A stretch of DNA of 64,000 nt, taken from assembly GCA_900545485.1 (NCBI GenBank), contig UQZD01000005.1, forward strand, positions 6,464-70,463, read 5' to 3'. The DNA is from an uncultured Collinsella sp. (GTDB taxonomy: Bacteria; Actinomycetota; Coriobacteriia; Coriobacteriales; Coriobacteriaceae). How positions within the stretch are numbered: position 1 is the stretch's first letter; each line of letters opens with the position of its first letter. A model generated the notes under the pieces. The model was not told where the DNA came from and made no database searches. It saw nothing but the letters and a program-made list of their open reading frames with translations. The position numbers and the translations under genes were made by a program. This document shows positions 51,090 through 64,000 of the stretch, piece after piece.

Positions 51090-52052
51090 CTACTCGTGGA
51101 TGCGGGTACCGGAGAGACCGGCCATGGTCTCGGCAGCCTTGTCCAGAGCGCCGATGATGCAGGTGCGGCCCTTGCGGGAACGGGCGAACTTGATGGCAGC
51201 GCGGACCTTGGGCTCCATGGAACCCTTGCCGAACTGGCCCTCGTCGGCCAGGCGCTCGGCCTCGTCGGCGGTGAGGTCCTCGAGCTCCTCCTGGTTGGGC
51301 TTGCCAAAGTTGATGGCGACATGCTCAACGGCGGTCAGCAGGAACAGGACGTCGGCGTCGCAGTCCTCGGCCAGCAGCTCGCCGCCCAGGTCCTTGTCGA
51401 TGACGGCGGGAACGCCCTTGTAGCAGCCCTTGTTCTCGTAGTCGCGGACAACGGGGATGCCGCCGCCACCGCAGGCGATGACGATGAACTCGTTGTCGAG
51501 CAGGTTGAGGATGGAGTCGGCCTCGACGATCTTCTTGGGATCGGGGGAAGCGACGACGCGACGCCAGCCGCGGCCGGAATCCTCGACGAAGACCTTGGAG
51601 GGATCCTCGGCCATGAACTCCTTGGCCTGCTCCTCGGTATAGAAGGGACCGATCGGCTTGGTCGGGTTCTTGAACGCGGGATCATCCGGGTCGCACTCGA
51701 TCTGGGTGACGACGGTGGCGGCGTGCCAACGCTTATAGCGCTTGTGCATCTCGCGGCCGATGCCCTGCTGCAGGTGATAGCCGATGTAGCCCTGGGACAT
51801 GGCGCCGCACTCGGGCAGCGGCATCTCGGGGGTACCGATGGCATCGTGAGCAGCGGCGAAGGCGTTCTGGATCATGCCGACCTGCGGGCCGTTGCCGTGG
51901 GTGATGATGATCTCGTTGCCCTGCTCGATGAGGCCGAGGAGGGCATGGGCGGTGTTGCTCACGGCCTCGATCTGCTCGACGGGGTTGTTGCCGAGGGCGT
52001 TGCCGCCAAGGGCGACGACAATACGATCTGGCTTGCCAAGAGGCTTAGACAT
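51090..52052 (-). CDS. arcC: carbamate kinase
   Basis: VVALGGNAL, THGNGPQVG, PTKPIG, CGGGGIPV, VIDKD, GSMEPKV. Confidence 0.95.
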   Translation of the reverse strand: MSKPLGKPDRIVVALGGNALGNNPVEQIEAVSNTAHALLGLIEQGNEIIITHGNGPQVGMIQNAFAAAHDAIGTPEMPLPECGAMSQGYIGYHLQQGIGREMHKRYKRWHAATVVTQIECDPDDPAFKNPTKPIGPFYTEEQAKEFMAEDPSKVFVEDSGRGWRRVVASPDPKKIVEADSILNLLDNEFIVIACGGGGIPVVRDYENKGCYKGVPAVIDKDLGGELLAEDCDADVLFLLTAVEHVAINFGKPNQEELEDLTADEAERLADEGQFGKGSMEPKVRAAIKFARSRKGRTCIIGALDKAAETMAGLSGTRIHE

Positions 52053-52572
52053 TGCTGGAATCCTTTCTGTAAAAGGCCTACAACCCATTAATAACCCGCG
52101 TCCGTGCGATACGCGAGTTTATTAAGGTTTATATTCTCTTTATCGCTCATTTTATTCATTTTGAAAATAGCGGAACGGTGAACGGTCGTTTTTATCCGCT
52201 CAGCGTACAGAACCCCAGCTCAAGCATATCTACGCCATTTACGTGCAACTTTATTTTAATAGAGCAGGGATTAGACCAGATTATGCAAACTATATCTCTG
52301 CTAAACACAAAACGGACAGCGCAATATCTTACTCGCACTATACGAGATTCTATGCACATATAAGTCGAGTATGCACCCCTGCAAAAACAAGGAGCTTTTC
52401 ATCCAACAAAAGGAATAAAGAAGAGCTCCGAAAAAGCGGCAACGGCCAAGTCCCCCATCCATCCCCAAAGTGGCGCGAGGTTTCGCGGCAAAGCCGCGAA
52501 ACAGCGAAGGGGACGGAATACCCGACCAACTACGTCCTTCATCCGCCCACACAATCCGAGGACGTAGTCGTA

Positions 52573-52697
52573 GCAGGATCTGAGGGCTGACCTTCGCGGA
52601 CACTCCGCAGGACGAAAGAACCCCCGCCGCACGTAGTGCGCAGCGGGAGTTCTTTCATGTCCGAGGACGTCCGCGAAGGTCAGCCCTCAGATCCTGC
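52573..52697. repeat. 125-nt long hairpin with perfect 29-bp arms
   Basis: 52573-52601 is the exact reverse complement of 52669-52697; inner stem GAAAGAAC...GTTCTTTC. Confidence 0.85.
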
Positions 52698-52707
52698 GGT
52701 GGGAGAC

Positions 52708-56247
<3,540 letters not shown>

Positions 56248-56646
56248 ATACCCCTCTCCTCTCATATAGGTATACAGGCCCCGGCGATCGCCGGGATGTT
56301 GGCGTGATGGGATTTACGCTGTTGCTTCCAATCATCTGGCAGGCAGGCTCAGCAGCAGGTACGTGGCGTGGAGAGAAGACATGCCGAGGCGAGGGACAGC
56401 TGATGCGCCCCACAGACCCGACCGCCCGTCTTGCACATGACCGAGCGCCGCAAAGGCCGCATGCCGGATGCTCCCGGGCACGCCCCGGCGATGGGAAGCG
56501 CCCGCAACGGAAATCCGCATGCGGGTTTATTGTACCCCGCCGTCAAGTGTAATTTCGGCAAATATAGGCGGGCGGTAAAGGTTTACCTTGGGTGACTATT
56601 GTGCGCCCGGCACCGACGGGCACAGTCCCCTGGAACCCCACAGCAA

Positions 56647-56709
56647 TTGCGGTGAAATAGGGAGTGTTTTTGCCGGTCGCGGCCTTAATCAGTCCCTATT
56701 TCACCGCAA
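56647..56709. terminator. hairpin with 17-bp arms downstream of the FHA fragment
   Basis: TTGCGGTGAAATAGGGA...TCCCTATTTCACCGCAA. Confidence 0.55.
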
Positions 56710-56727
56710 GTTATTTGGGGGGATGAG

Positions 56728-57097
56728 TTAGAGGGCACCGAAGAGAATGGCGTAGGTGGTGGATTCGCCGAGTTTGAGCTCGTCGCCGGGGTTGAGCTGG
56801 GCGGAGCGGCCGGGCTCCACCTGGATGCAGACGCTCGTGGCCCCGTTTACCACCACAGTACCGTTGGTTGAAGACAGGTCCTCGACGTGCCAGGCATTTT
56901 GAGCATCGCACCAGATATGGGCATGGCGAGCCGAAACATCGTCACCGACGTCGGTGATGTCGCCCTCCCCCGTGGCCAGCGCGCCGATCTCGACGCCTTC
57001 CTCACTCGGCTGAATCCAGCGCGGGACGCTCACCGCGTAGCCGTTTTGCACGCGCAGCAGTCCCAGCGGATGCGCCGGCGCGACCTCGTGCTCGCCC
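56728..57097 (-). pseudogene. orphan 3' fragment of the FHA-domain gene (diverged duplicate of 63396-63765)
   Basis: Near-identical protein to the C-terminus of the right-hand FHA gene; homology stops at about 57097. Confidence 0.8.
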
Positions 57098-57620
57098 GAC
57101 TTGGAACCAAGGCGGGCGTGAGAGCAAACGGCATAGGGAACGAATCTTGCGGATGTACTCCTCGACGTCAGGCAGGTAAGCCCCACGAAGTCACCGGGGA
57201 GGCCCAAGCGGCCCGGCACCACTTCCAGATTCTGACCAGGGCGAGTCGTTCGCCGGTGGCTGAAGGCTCGCTCCCACCCAAAAGGGGAGATTCGCGTTGT
57301 TCCCCAATCGCTCTCGCATCTTTCATTTTGCTCGAGGTGGGCTATAAAAACTTTCCTGGTGAAAGGCGGCGATTGGTTTCCTTTCTTTCTAGAGGAGCGC
57401 GCCTGTAATCTGTTTTCATCCTAAATCAAGTTGAGATCGGACCTTCCAGAGGCAAGTCGACTCAAACTGCGAGGCTCCATGTTGGAATAAAGAGCGCTGT
57501 CGAAGTGCCAACAACACAAAGCTTGCCAGTCTCAAATAGAACCTTTTGGGAGTCCGATTGGGCCGCACACCGAATCCCCGCTGGTGGTTTTTTATAGCTG
57601 CGCAACAATAAACAAGGTTA

Positions 57621-59009
57621 GTGCCAGTCCAGCATGAAATTGAGGAACGTATGCATTTTTTCTCAGTAAGTGATCGTCGTTACTGCTTCGATGAGGTCAC
57701 TCGCAATTGCTTTCAGGTTGACCAAGCATCAGAAGATGCGCTTCGCATATTTGAAGCATCGGGAAGAACGGTCAACTCGAAGTTGCTAACAAAGTCACTT
57801 GCTGCGAAAGGCTACGACCAAACGACCATAGCAGAACTTGAAGACGACATTGATGAGTATCAACGATTGTCTGAGCGGACTTTCTTAACAAAAGACACGC
57901 CTCGAAAACTTAGATCCATCGAACTCCACGTTTCACATGCATGCAACCTTGGTTGTAGTTACTGTTTTGCCGGTAAAGGAGATTATGGAACGTCTCCTCT
58001 GCTGATGACAGACGAGATAGCCTTCAAGGCGGTCGACTACCTCGTCGCAAGTTCATCGGAAAACGAAACGCTTGCGATCGTCTTTTTTGGTGGGGAACCC
58101 ATGATTAACGAGCCGCTGATATGGAAAACGGTCGACTATTCAAAAAGAATATACCCCAATAGAAACTTTACCTATTCTATTACGACCAACGGAACGCTTT
58201 TGAATGACACTGCTGTGAATTCTTTCAAGGAGCACGGGTTTTCTGTTCTGATTAGTCTCGATGGTACAGGATGCAAGCACGATGCATCGCGCCCGTACAA
58301 GACGGGAGGCGGCTCTTTCTCCGATATCGACAAAAACGTTCGTCGTTTTTCCGAGTCGTTCCCCTTCGGCGCAAGAGCGACCTTAACAAATAATAACTGT
58401 AACCTTGTTGAAGACTATCTTCAGTTTAAAGAGATGGGCTTCAGAAGGATTTACTTCTCGCCCGTGAGCTCATTCGATGAGAATATCAAACTCGACGAAC
58501 ACTCATTAAACAAAATCAGGGCGGGCCTAATAGATTTGGCGGATCAATATCTCAAACAGATTGATCAAGGGGAAAAGCCCTTGTTTAGAACATTGAAAAC
58601 TGCAGTTGATTTGATTATGAGCAACAGGATCGCCTTTGTCGGATGCGGGGCTGGCAGGCGTTTTATTTCCGTGACTCCCGAAGGAGACGTATACCCCTGT
58701 CACAGGTTTGTCGGGATGATGCGATTCAAAATGGGCAACATCGTCACCGAAATTGACGAAACTAGGTATATTGAAAACTGGAGTCAGGGTGTCGAAAAAA
58801 GAATTGACTGTACGGACTGTTGGGCTCGGTCTTTCTGTGGTGGGGGCTGTAGCTGGGAGGCTGCAGACGAGCACGGCTACTTGCCCAAGAGTCTACACCC
58901 TGCATCATGTGAATATAGAAAAATGTGCTACGAGATGGCTTTTGACCTTATTTCCCGCCACTCATCTTCGCAGGAGAAAAATCAACGAGAAGCTACTGTA
59001 TCGGAATAA
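57621..59009 (-). other. no minus-strand gene supported here (shadow ORFs of the + strand maturase)
   Basis: Only short ORFs without motifs lie opposite the rSAM gene. Confidence 0.2.
57621..59009 (+). CDS. radical SAM/SPASM peptide maturase (PapB/CteB-like, probable N-terminal RRE)
   Basis: CNLGCSYC, FFGGEP, TTNGTLL, ISLDG; SPASM CGAG...YPCHRF...CTDCWARSFCGGGC...C; alternative ATG at 57651 with a GAGGA RBS. Confidence 0.92.
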   Translation: MPVQHEIEERMHFFSVSDRRYCFDEVTRNCFQVDQASEDALRIFEASGRTVNSKLLTKSLAAKGYDQTTIAELEDDIDEYQRLSERTFLTKDTPRKLRSIELHVSHACNLGCSYCFAGKGDYGTSPLLMTDEIAFKAVDYLVASSSENETLAIVFFGGEPMINEPLIWKTVDYSKRIYPNRNFTYSITTNGTLLNDTAVNSFKEHGFSVLISLDGTGCKHDASRPYKTGGGSFSDIDKNVRRFSESFPFGARATLTNNNCNLVEDYLQFKEMGFRRIYFSPVSSFDENIKLDEHSLNKIRAGLIDLADQYLKQIDQGEKPLFRTLKTAVDLIMSNRIAFVGCGAGRRFISVTPEGDVYPCHRFVGMMRFKMGNIVTEIDETRYIENWSQGVEKRIDCTDCWARSFCGGGCSWEAADEHGYLPKSLHPASCEYRKMCYEMAFDLISRHSSSQEKNQREATVSE

Positions 59010-59178
59010 GCGGTTCAGCGCATTGCTGTCACCATTGTGGAGGTGTTCGTTCTTCTGATTACCGTCTGCGAAGCTTATTGCTACGTTCGCCGAAACCATT
59101 CTAGAAATATGGTGAACTAGACATCTTGGTTTGTTATACACAATATTGAGGTTTTTCTGCACTCAAAGGGAGGTAGTC

Positions 59179-59382
59179 GTGAAGCATATTCATCCGATTA
59201 ATTCAGGAAGTGGCGACGAGGCAGGCGTGAAGCCGATGTCTTTTGACTGCCTCTTGGGCATTACTGACATCTGTACTGTTTATGATAAAGCAGATGGCTG
59301 TGGTGCATACGATTACTGCGACTATGACATGGATGGCGGCAGCATCTGCGTTGTAGATCACTGTGGCATTGATCAAACGTAG
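59179..59382 (+). CDS. RiPP precursor peptide A1 (67 aa, 6 Cys)
   Basis: GGGAGG RBS + GTG; MKHIHPINSGSGDEAGVKPMSFDCLLGITDICTVYDKADGCGAYDYCDYDMDGGSICVVDHCGIDQT. Confidence 0.85.
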   Translation: MKHIHPINSGSGDEAGVKPMSFDCLLGITDICTVYDKADGCGAYDYCDYDMDGGSICVVDHCGIDQT

Positions 59383-59412
59383 TCTCTAATTGGATTAAGG
59401 TGAGGAGCTGTT

Positions 59413-59592
59413 ATGAAGCATATCCATCCTGTTGGTTCAAATGAACATCCTCCCGTTGAGCCTTGTTGTCTTGGAGTTGATATATGCAATTTTTACGACA
59501 TCGCCGAGTGCCCTGTTGCGGATTGGTGCTATGTCGATAAAGAATCAAGCTGTGTTTTGCCAGCAGATTGGTGCGATCCAGTTGACGAGTAG
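59413..59592 (+). CDS. RiPP precursor peptide A2 (59 aa, 7 Cys), not in the ORF track
   Basis: GAGGAG RBS + ATG; MKHIHPVGSNEHPPVEPCCLGVDICNFYDIAECPVADWCYVDKESSCVLPADWCDPVDE. Confidence 0.85.
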   Translation: MKHIHPVGSNEHPPVEPCCLGVDICNFYDIAECPVADWCYVDKESSCVLPADWCDPVDE

Positions 59593-59841
59593 TTTTGTGG
59601 CTAGGAACTATTTGGTCCAATTCAGAATAAGATGGGAACAAATACCAAAATCTCGTGTCTGGGAGGAGTTATGCCATTATTGCAAGGTCTCGTTGGATTA
59701 GCCTTTATACTTGCGTTATATCTGGCACCTTTTTTAATTCTATTCTTCATTATCCGACTCTTTCTTCGGAGAAAATAGGAGTGTCACGCAAACATTAGCG
59801 TAGCTTTCTTCCAATATGAGCCGAGCATTGGCAAGTGGAAT

Positions 59842-59887
59842 AAGAAGCCCGACCGTTCGCCACATGAAAGTGATCGGACGGGCTTCT
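59842..59887. terminator. putative terminator hairpin between convergent cluster halves
   Basis: AGAAGCCCGACCG...CGGACGGGCTTCT. Confidence 0.45.
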
Positions 59888-60478
59888 CTATTTAACCCGG
59901 GCCGCCACCCATAGCGGCTTTCCAAGCGTATTCTCAGTGCAAAGCAATCGTCAGTTTAATCCTATGCGCTGATACCGCATTTCATTTGTTCGGCTCGAAT
60001 TCTACGGCCTGGCAACCCTCGCACTCTCCGGCAAATGGATTGAACGCGAAGGCAGAGATGATGTGTGCGTGGACATCGAGGCTGCTGTAGGCAACATACT
60101 GGGACATGGACCCCCGCTGCGCGTGGTATGCGGCCCGGCATATTCATTGCCGTCCAACCCCGTGTAGTTGCAGCAAAGGGTGGAACCTCAATGCTCAGCT
60201 CATGTTGTCCGTGGGACACGAGAATCGTAAGTACACTTTGGTGCGATTCTCACGCTGATACTGAGCCACCTGGAATAAGATACGTCGCGACAACACTTCG
60301 CTTCACCTCTGTCTCGACAAGATGACGTAGACTAAAGTTTCCTTTAGTAAGAGAACGAGAACTATATCTGAAAGCGTTGCGATGGCGTGAAGGCACCGAG
60401 TCCGAACCGCCTGAATGCTACGTGCATCTGCATCGCCTTTTTGTTATCTCTGCCAGTTGGGTAGCACTACACTTGTCA

Positions 60479-62131
60479 TCATTTACCCTGGTACATGCTG
60501 CCTAAATCCACTACCCCTTCTACCGCGCCGACCATCTCGTCATCGTGAGAGACAACGATGATCAGCTGGCTTTGCTTGTTGCGCTTAACATAGGCCGCAA
60601 GCTCGGCGCGGCTTACAGCGTCTAACCCAGTCGTGGGCTCGTCGAGTACCAAAACTGACGACTTGCGTGAAATCGCCGACCATAAGTACACTCGGCGCAG
60701 CTCACCGCCCGAAAGCGCGGAGCAACGTTTCCCGAGCAACTCCTTCACGCTGTTTTCCAGCGAAAGTAGGCCATCTACACCCCGGTGATAGGAAGAAAAG
60801 GGCGTGTCGAAATACTCTAACAGCTCTTTCACCGTTTCGTCCGGCGCGAAGCACGACTGTGGGCAGCACGATATCTCTCTCGCACGTATGTAATCCAAGT
60901 CGCATTCTTCGATTGGCACGCCGTTGTATTTTACTTTGCCTTTCGATGAGTATAGCCCGAGCATCAAGTAAAGAAGTGACGTCTTGCCTCTTCCGTTTTC
61001 CCCAACTATGCAATATGTACCAGGACCGGAAAACTTGAAAGAAAACCCGCCGAGGACCTCTCGGACAGATCCGTCTGGAAGGGCAACCGAGAATTCCAAA
61101 TCAGATACCGAAATGTCATTTATTTCATCGAGTTTAGCTAAATCGGTCCGATTCCACCCCGATCTCTCCTTTTCTCTCGTCGCGATAGCCGTCCTATCCC
61201 ATGATGCTTTGGCATCTTGATAGGATTTGAACAATGACATCATACTTTTCAAAGTCTTAAAGAGAACCGCGAAGTATGTACCGATGATAGTGTACTCGCC
61301 TATTGACATAGTTCCGTTAATGATTCGTACTCCGGAAACAACAAGTATCACCGCTTGAAACAACGCTGCGAAAAGACCATCGAGCGATGTCAGAGAATAT
61401 GATAGCTTTCCGGAGCGCAAAACTTTGGGAAAATAGCTCTTAAACCCAGCGTCGAGCGCTTGTTCGCTCTTGCCGTACGAAGATGTCAGTTGAATGTTGA
61501 GAATCTGATTAAGCTGCGATGCAATTGCGGCGTAAAAGGCGCTGTCCGCCTCTTTCTTCTCATACGTGACCCTATACAAAAGTTTCCTCAACCCAGTAAT
61601 TACACAGAAATACACGATGAGGAGAATGATGGAAAACACCGCGAGAGTTGAATCAATTGACCATATGATAAGCAATACGATGGGAATGGCTACAATGGAC
61701 AGCGGCGCACTGATAAAATTCGCCAAAACGAAGGATGAGACCACGCTGGAGTCGGAAATAATCCGTTGCGTTGTATAGGCTGGATCGATGGTCCGACTCA
61801 CCAAGTAATCGTCTCTTTCAAAACGCAAGACGGCCTCCCTGAGAAGATCAAAGGAAAGTCTCGTGGTTATGCGAATGGAAAGTGTTCCTGCAAAATAAGT
61901 AAAGAGGGTGGAGAAAACTCCTATTGACGCAACCAGGAGCGCGAAGAGTACGGCGTCTCTTTCGCTGCGGTTACCGAGAAGAAAATCTAAGAATTTCCCG
62001 TTCACGTATGGCATGGCATAGGAGAGAGCGGTTCCAATCACCGTGATAGCAATGAAGACGAAAGCCCCTTTTGCTCTGATGAACCTCGAGAGAACGCATC
62101 GAATCAAGGAAGGCCCCAATCTACCCGCCAC
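60479..62131 (-). CDS. ABC exporter (TMD + NBD, no C39 peptidase domain)
   Basis: About six TM helices, Walker A GENGRGKTS, LSGGE, VLVLDEPT, VSHD. Confidence 0.9.
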   Translation of the reverse strand: MAGRLGPSLIRCVLSRFIRAKGAFVFIAITVIGTALSYAMPYVNGKFLDFLLGNRSERDAVLFALLVASIGVFSTLFTYFAGTLSIRITTRLSFDLLREAVLRFERDDYLVSRTIDPAYTTQRIISDSSVVSSFVLANFISAPLSIVAIPIVLLIIWSIDSTLAVFSIILLIVYFCVITGLRKLLYRVTYEKKEADSAFYAAIASQLNQILNIQLTSSYGKSEQALDAGFKSYFPKVLRSGKLSYSLTSLDGLFAALFQAVILVVSGVRIINGTMSIGEYTIIGTYFAVLFKTLKSMMSLFKSYQDAKASWDRTAIATREKERSGWNRTDLAKLDEINDISVSDLEFSVALPDGSVREVLGGFSFKFSGPGTYCIVGENGRGKTSLLYLMLGLYSSKGKVKYNGVPIEECDLDYIRAREISCCPQSCFAPDETVKELLEYFDTPFSSYHRGVDGLLSLENSVKELLGKRCSALSGGELRRVYLWSAISRKSSVLVLDEPTTGLDAVSRAELAAYVKRNKQSQLIIVVSHDDEMVGAVEGVVDLGSMYQGK

Positions 62132-62446
62132 AAAACATCAATCACTGATACCTTACACCTCAACACAACAGGAGCGAAGATTTGCCAATGAGACTGCTTT
62201 AAGATTGCCTTGGGCCAATACGATCTCAAGCTCTTCCTACAAGAGAGTCGGAATCGGACATCTCCTCCGACGAACCTGGCAATCGGGCGGTTGAAATATC
62301 TTTTTCAACCGCCCGATTGCCACAATAGATTTGAGCATTCGCCCACAAACGTCCGCGTTTTATACCCATCAAATCCTTTGCCTTTTGTCGTCTAGACTAG
62401 AAAAATCGCTCGAAATAACGCAACCGGCCTGCTCGCTTGAAGAAAC

Positions 62447-63200
62447 CTAAGCCCGTAACGTAGATGTGCAAACTTCCGAAACGCCTTGCGCGGCATAGTG
62501 CGTATAAACTTCGTCAACCGCCTCAGAAATATCTGAGTATCGCGCCGGGTCAAAAGCATACGATGTCGCATCTATACCCTGCACCCATTCGGAACGCGGA
62601 TTAATTGAATAGCCACACAGCATCATCATACATGCATCTAGACCTGATTTCCCAAGTATCCGACGTATTGATGAGAGCATCGCGGGTCACCCCTGCACCA
62701 TCGTCGTCACCCCTATTAGCAGTATTTACCGTTTTTCTCTAAATGCGTATCGCCACCCTTAAGAATACGAAGTGTTTTATCCAGACCCGATTGTCCTCCA
62801 TCTCAAACGAAGGGATAAGGAATCTCATCCGGAATCGGCAGTAACGGAGGATTCACAACGACAAGCGAAAAACATGAGTCATCTCTCAGAGGGGAGTAAA
62901 GGCTCCCCTCAAGCACCCTAGTTTCGTCATCCAAAGAGTTGATGGCAGTGTTTTTCTTACAAAGGTCGACAACAAAAGGGTTGATTTCTACAGATGTTAC
63001 ATCCATGCCACAGTTGGTAAGTATCAGGCCCTGTATTCTGGGGCCAGAACACAAATCGAGAGCCTTCCGTGCGCTCTGCGGTGTAAGGCGCCAATCTCAG
63101 CAAATCTGTCCCACAATACTGCGCTGAAGAACAAGACGGAACCCCTGAGCCAAACTCCCCTATACCTTATTAAGGCTAAGACAGGCAAGTTCACGCACCC
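62447..63200 (-). pseudogene. class I SAM methyltransferase (HemK/MTS-like), disrupted
   Basis: ALDLCSGP (motif I), VEINP, VVVNPPLLP, then PFV-TGA-DGGQSGLD with a nonsense codon at 62803-62805 and further stops and frameshifts; 5' limit approximate. Confidence 0.75.
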
Positions 63201-63395
63201 GGCATATTCCAGAATAACATCCTATTGTTTTAGATGCTCTACAAGCATGAACGGCCGCGAATCGGAAAGATCTTCTAGTTTCGCCCCGACTGACCGCCAA
63301 GGGCCAAAATGGCCCCTCCATCCCCGGGCGACCGGCTCTGGCGCGCCAAGGAGTGTCCCCAGCCGGCAGAGAAAAGGAACGTCCCTATCTGCCGG

Positions 63396-64000
63396 CTAGA
63401 GGGCACCGAAGAGGATGGCGTAGGTAGTGGATTCGCCGAGCTTGAGCTCGTCGCCGGGATTGAGTTGGGCGGAACGGCCGGGCTCGACCTGAATGCAGAC
63501 GCGCGTGGCCCCGTTTACCACCACGGTTCCGTTGGTGGACGACAAGTCCTCGACGTGCCAGATATTTTGAGCATCGCACCAGATATGGGCATGGCGGGCC
63601 GAGACATCGTCGCCGACGTCGGTAATATCGCCCTCACCAGTGGCCAGCGCGCCAATCTCAACACCCTGCTCACTCGGCTGAATCCAGCGCGGGGCGCTCA
63701 CGACAAAACTGTTTTGCACGCGCAGCAAGCCCAAGGGGTGCGCCGGGGCGGGTTCGCGTTCGCCCGCGGTCATCGACATGCCAAGCGAACGCGGCGTGGA
63801 TGTGCCTCCGCCACAGGTCGCGTGCGCGTAGTCGATGGCATAGTTCACCGAGGACCGCACATCCGCCGAACAACCGACGGCGACAAACAGCACCAGCACG
63901 GCCTCGGCGCGCTCGGCGGGCATGAGTTCCGCCGCCTGGGACAGGCGATCGAGCGCGTTGCGATAGAGATTCGTGTCCTGGTGGCACTCTTCGAGCGCGC
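63396..64000 (-). CDS. FHA domain-containing protein (5' end outside the window)
   Basis: VSARHAHI...VEDLSSTNGT...GDELKLG; frame open to the window edge. Confidence 0.88.
   Translation of the reverse strand, partial: ALEECHQDTNLYRNALDRLSQAAELMPAERAEAVLVLFVAVGCSADVRSSVNYAIDYAHATCGGGTSTPRSLGMSMTAGEREPAPAHPLGLLRVQNSFVVSAPRWIQPSEQGVEIGALATGEGDITDVGDDVSARHAHIWCDAQNIWHVEDLSSTNGTVVVNGATRVCIQVEPGRSAQLNPGDELKLGESTTYAILFGAL

Larger units (their letters stand above)
57098..63395. mobile_element. AT-richer genomic islet carrying a RiPP cluster
   Basis: Composition shift; bounded by two copies of the FHA gene 3' end; no integrase seen. Confidence 0.65.

Noticed and set aside
52174..52206. Fifth LytTR-type site upstream of arcC
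   Set aside because: The two AACGGT copies are 7 bp apart and the partner at 21 bp matches poorly
57098..57400. Transposase or integrase remnant at the islet's left edge
   Set aside because: No catalytic motif or terminal inverted repeats recognised
59432..59701. 89-aa ORF from the track overlapping precursor A2
   Set aside because: No RBS; the alternative frame at 59413 has an RBS and clear paralogy to precursor A1
59600..60478. Additional RiPP genes (third precursor, immunity protein or peptidase)
   Set aside because: No further MKHIHP leader or RBS-led ORF with recognisable features; possibly decayed sequence
62803..62805. Selenocysteine TGA in the methyltransferase
   Set aside because: The position corresponds to a conserved Gly and the gene has other stops and frameshifts, so it is a nonsense mutation

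Overview
GC-rich anaerobic actinobacterial chromosome segment. Gene content and protein sequences suggest a gut Coriobacteriia member such as Collinsella (inference). Left to right: a YheO-type regulator; an accessory stretch at about 2.2-12.8 kb (sortase-anchored repeat protein, DEDDh exonuclease, an unannotated type I toxin-antitoxin locus with a LexA-like box, SIMPL protein, AAA+ ATPase genes, and an AbiEi/DUF559-like nuclease gene between two 62-bp palindromic arrays); an anaerobic purine-catabolism block (xdh, ferredoxin, ygfK, ssnA, NCS2 permease, YheO regulator, RidA); a U32 protein and RluA; an 80-bp palindromic array; a DeoR/PTS sugar locus; the rplC-rplX ribosomal protein block (no rpsJ before it, no rplE after it); two LytS/LytTR systems; an amidohydrolase and APC permease; arcC; and nifJ. 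The best candidate for a new system is an AT-richer island at about 57.1-63.4 kb, bracketed by two diverged copies of the 3' end of an FHA-domain gene. It encodes a radical SAM/SPASM maturase, two tandem Cys/Asp-rich precursor peptides sharing an MKHIHP leader (the second is absent from the ORF track), a peptide ABC exporter and a decayed methyltransferase. This looks like a freyrasin-like ranthipeptide RiPP cluster. All calls come from reading the sequence; no database searches were run.
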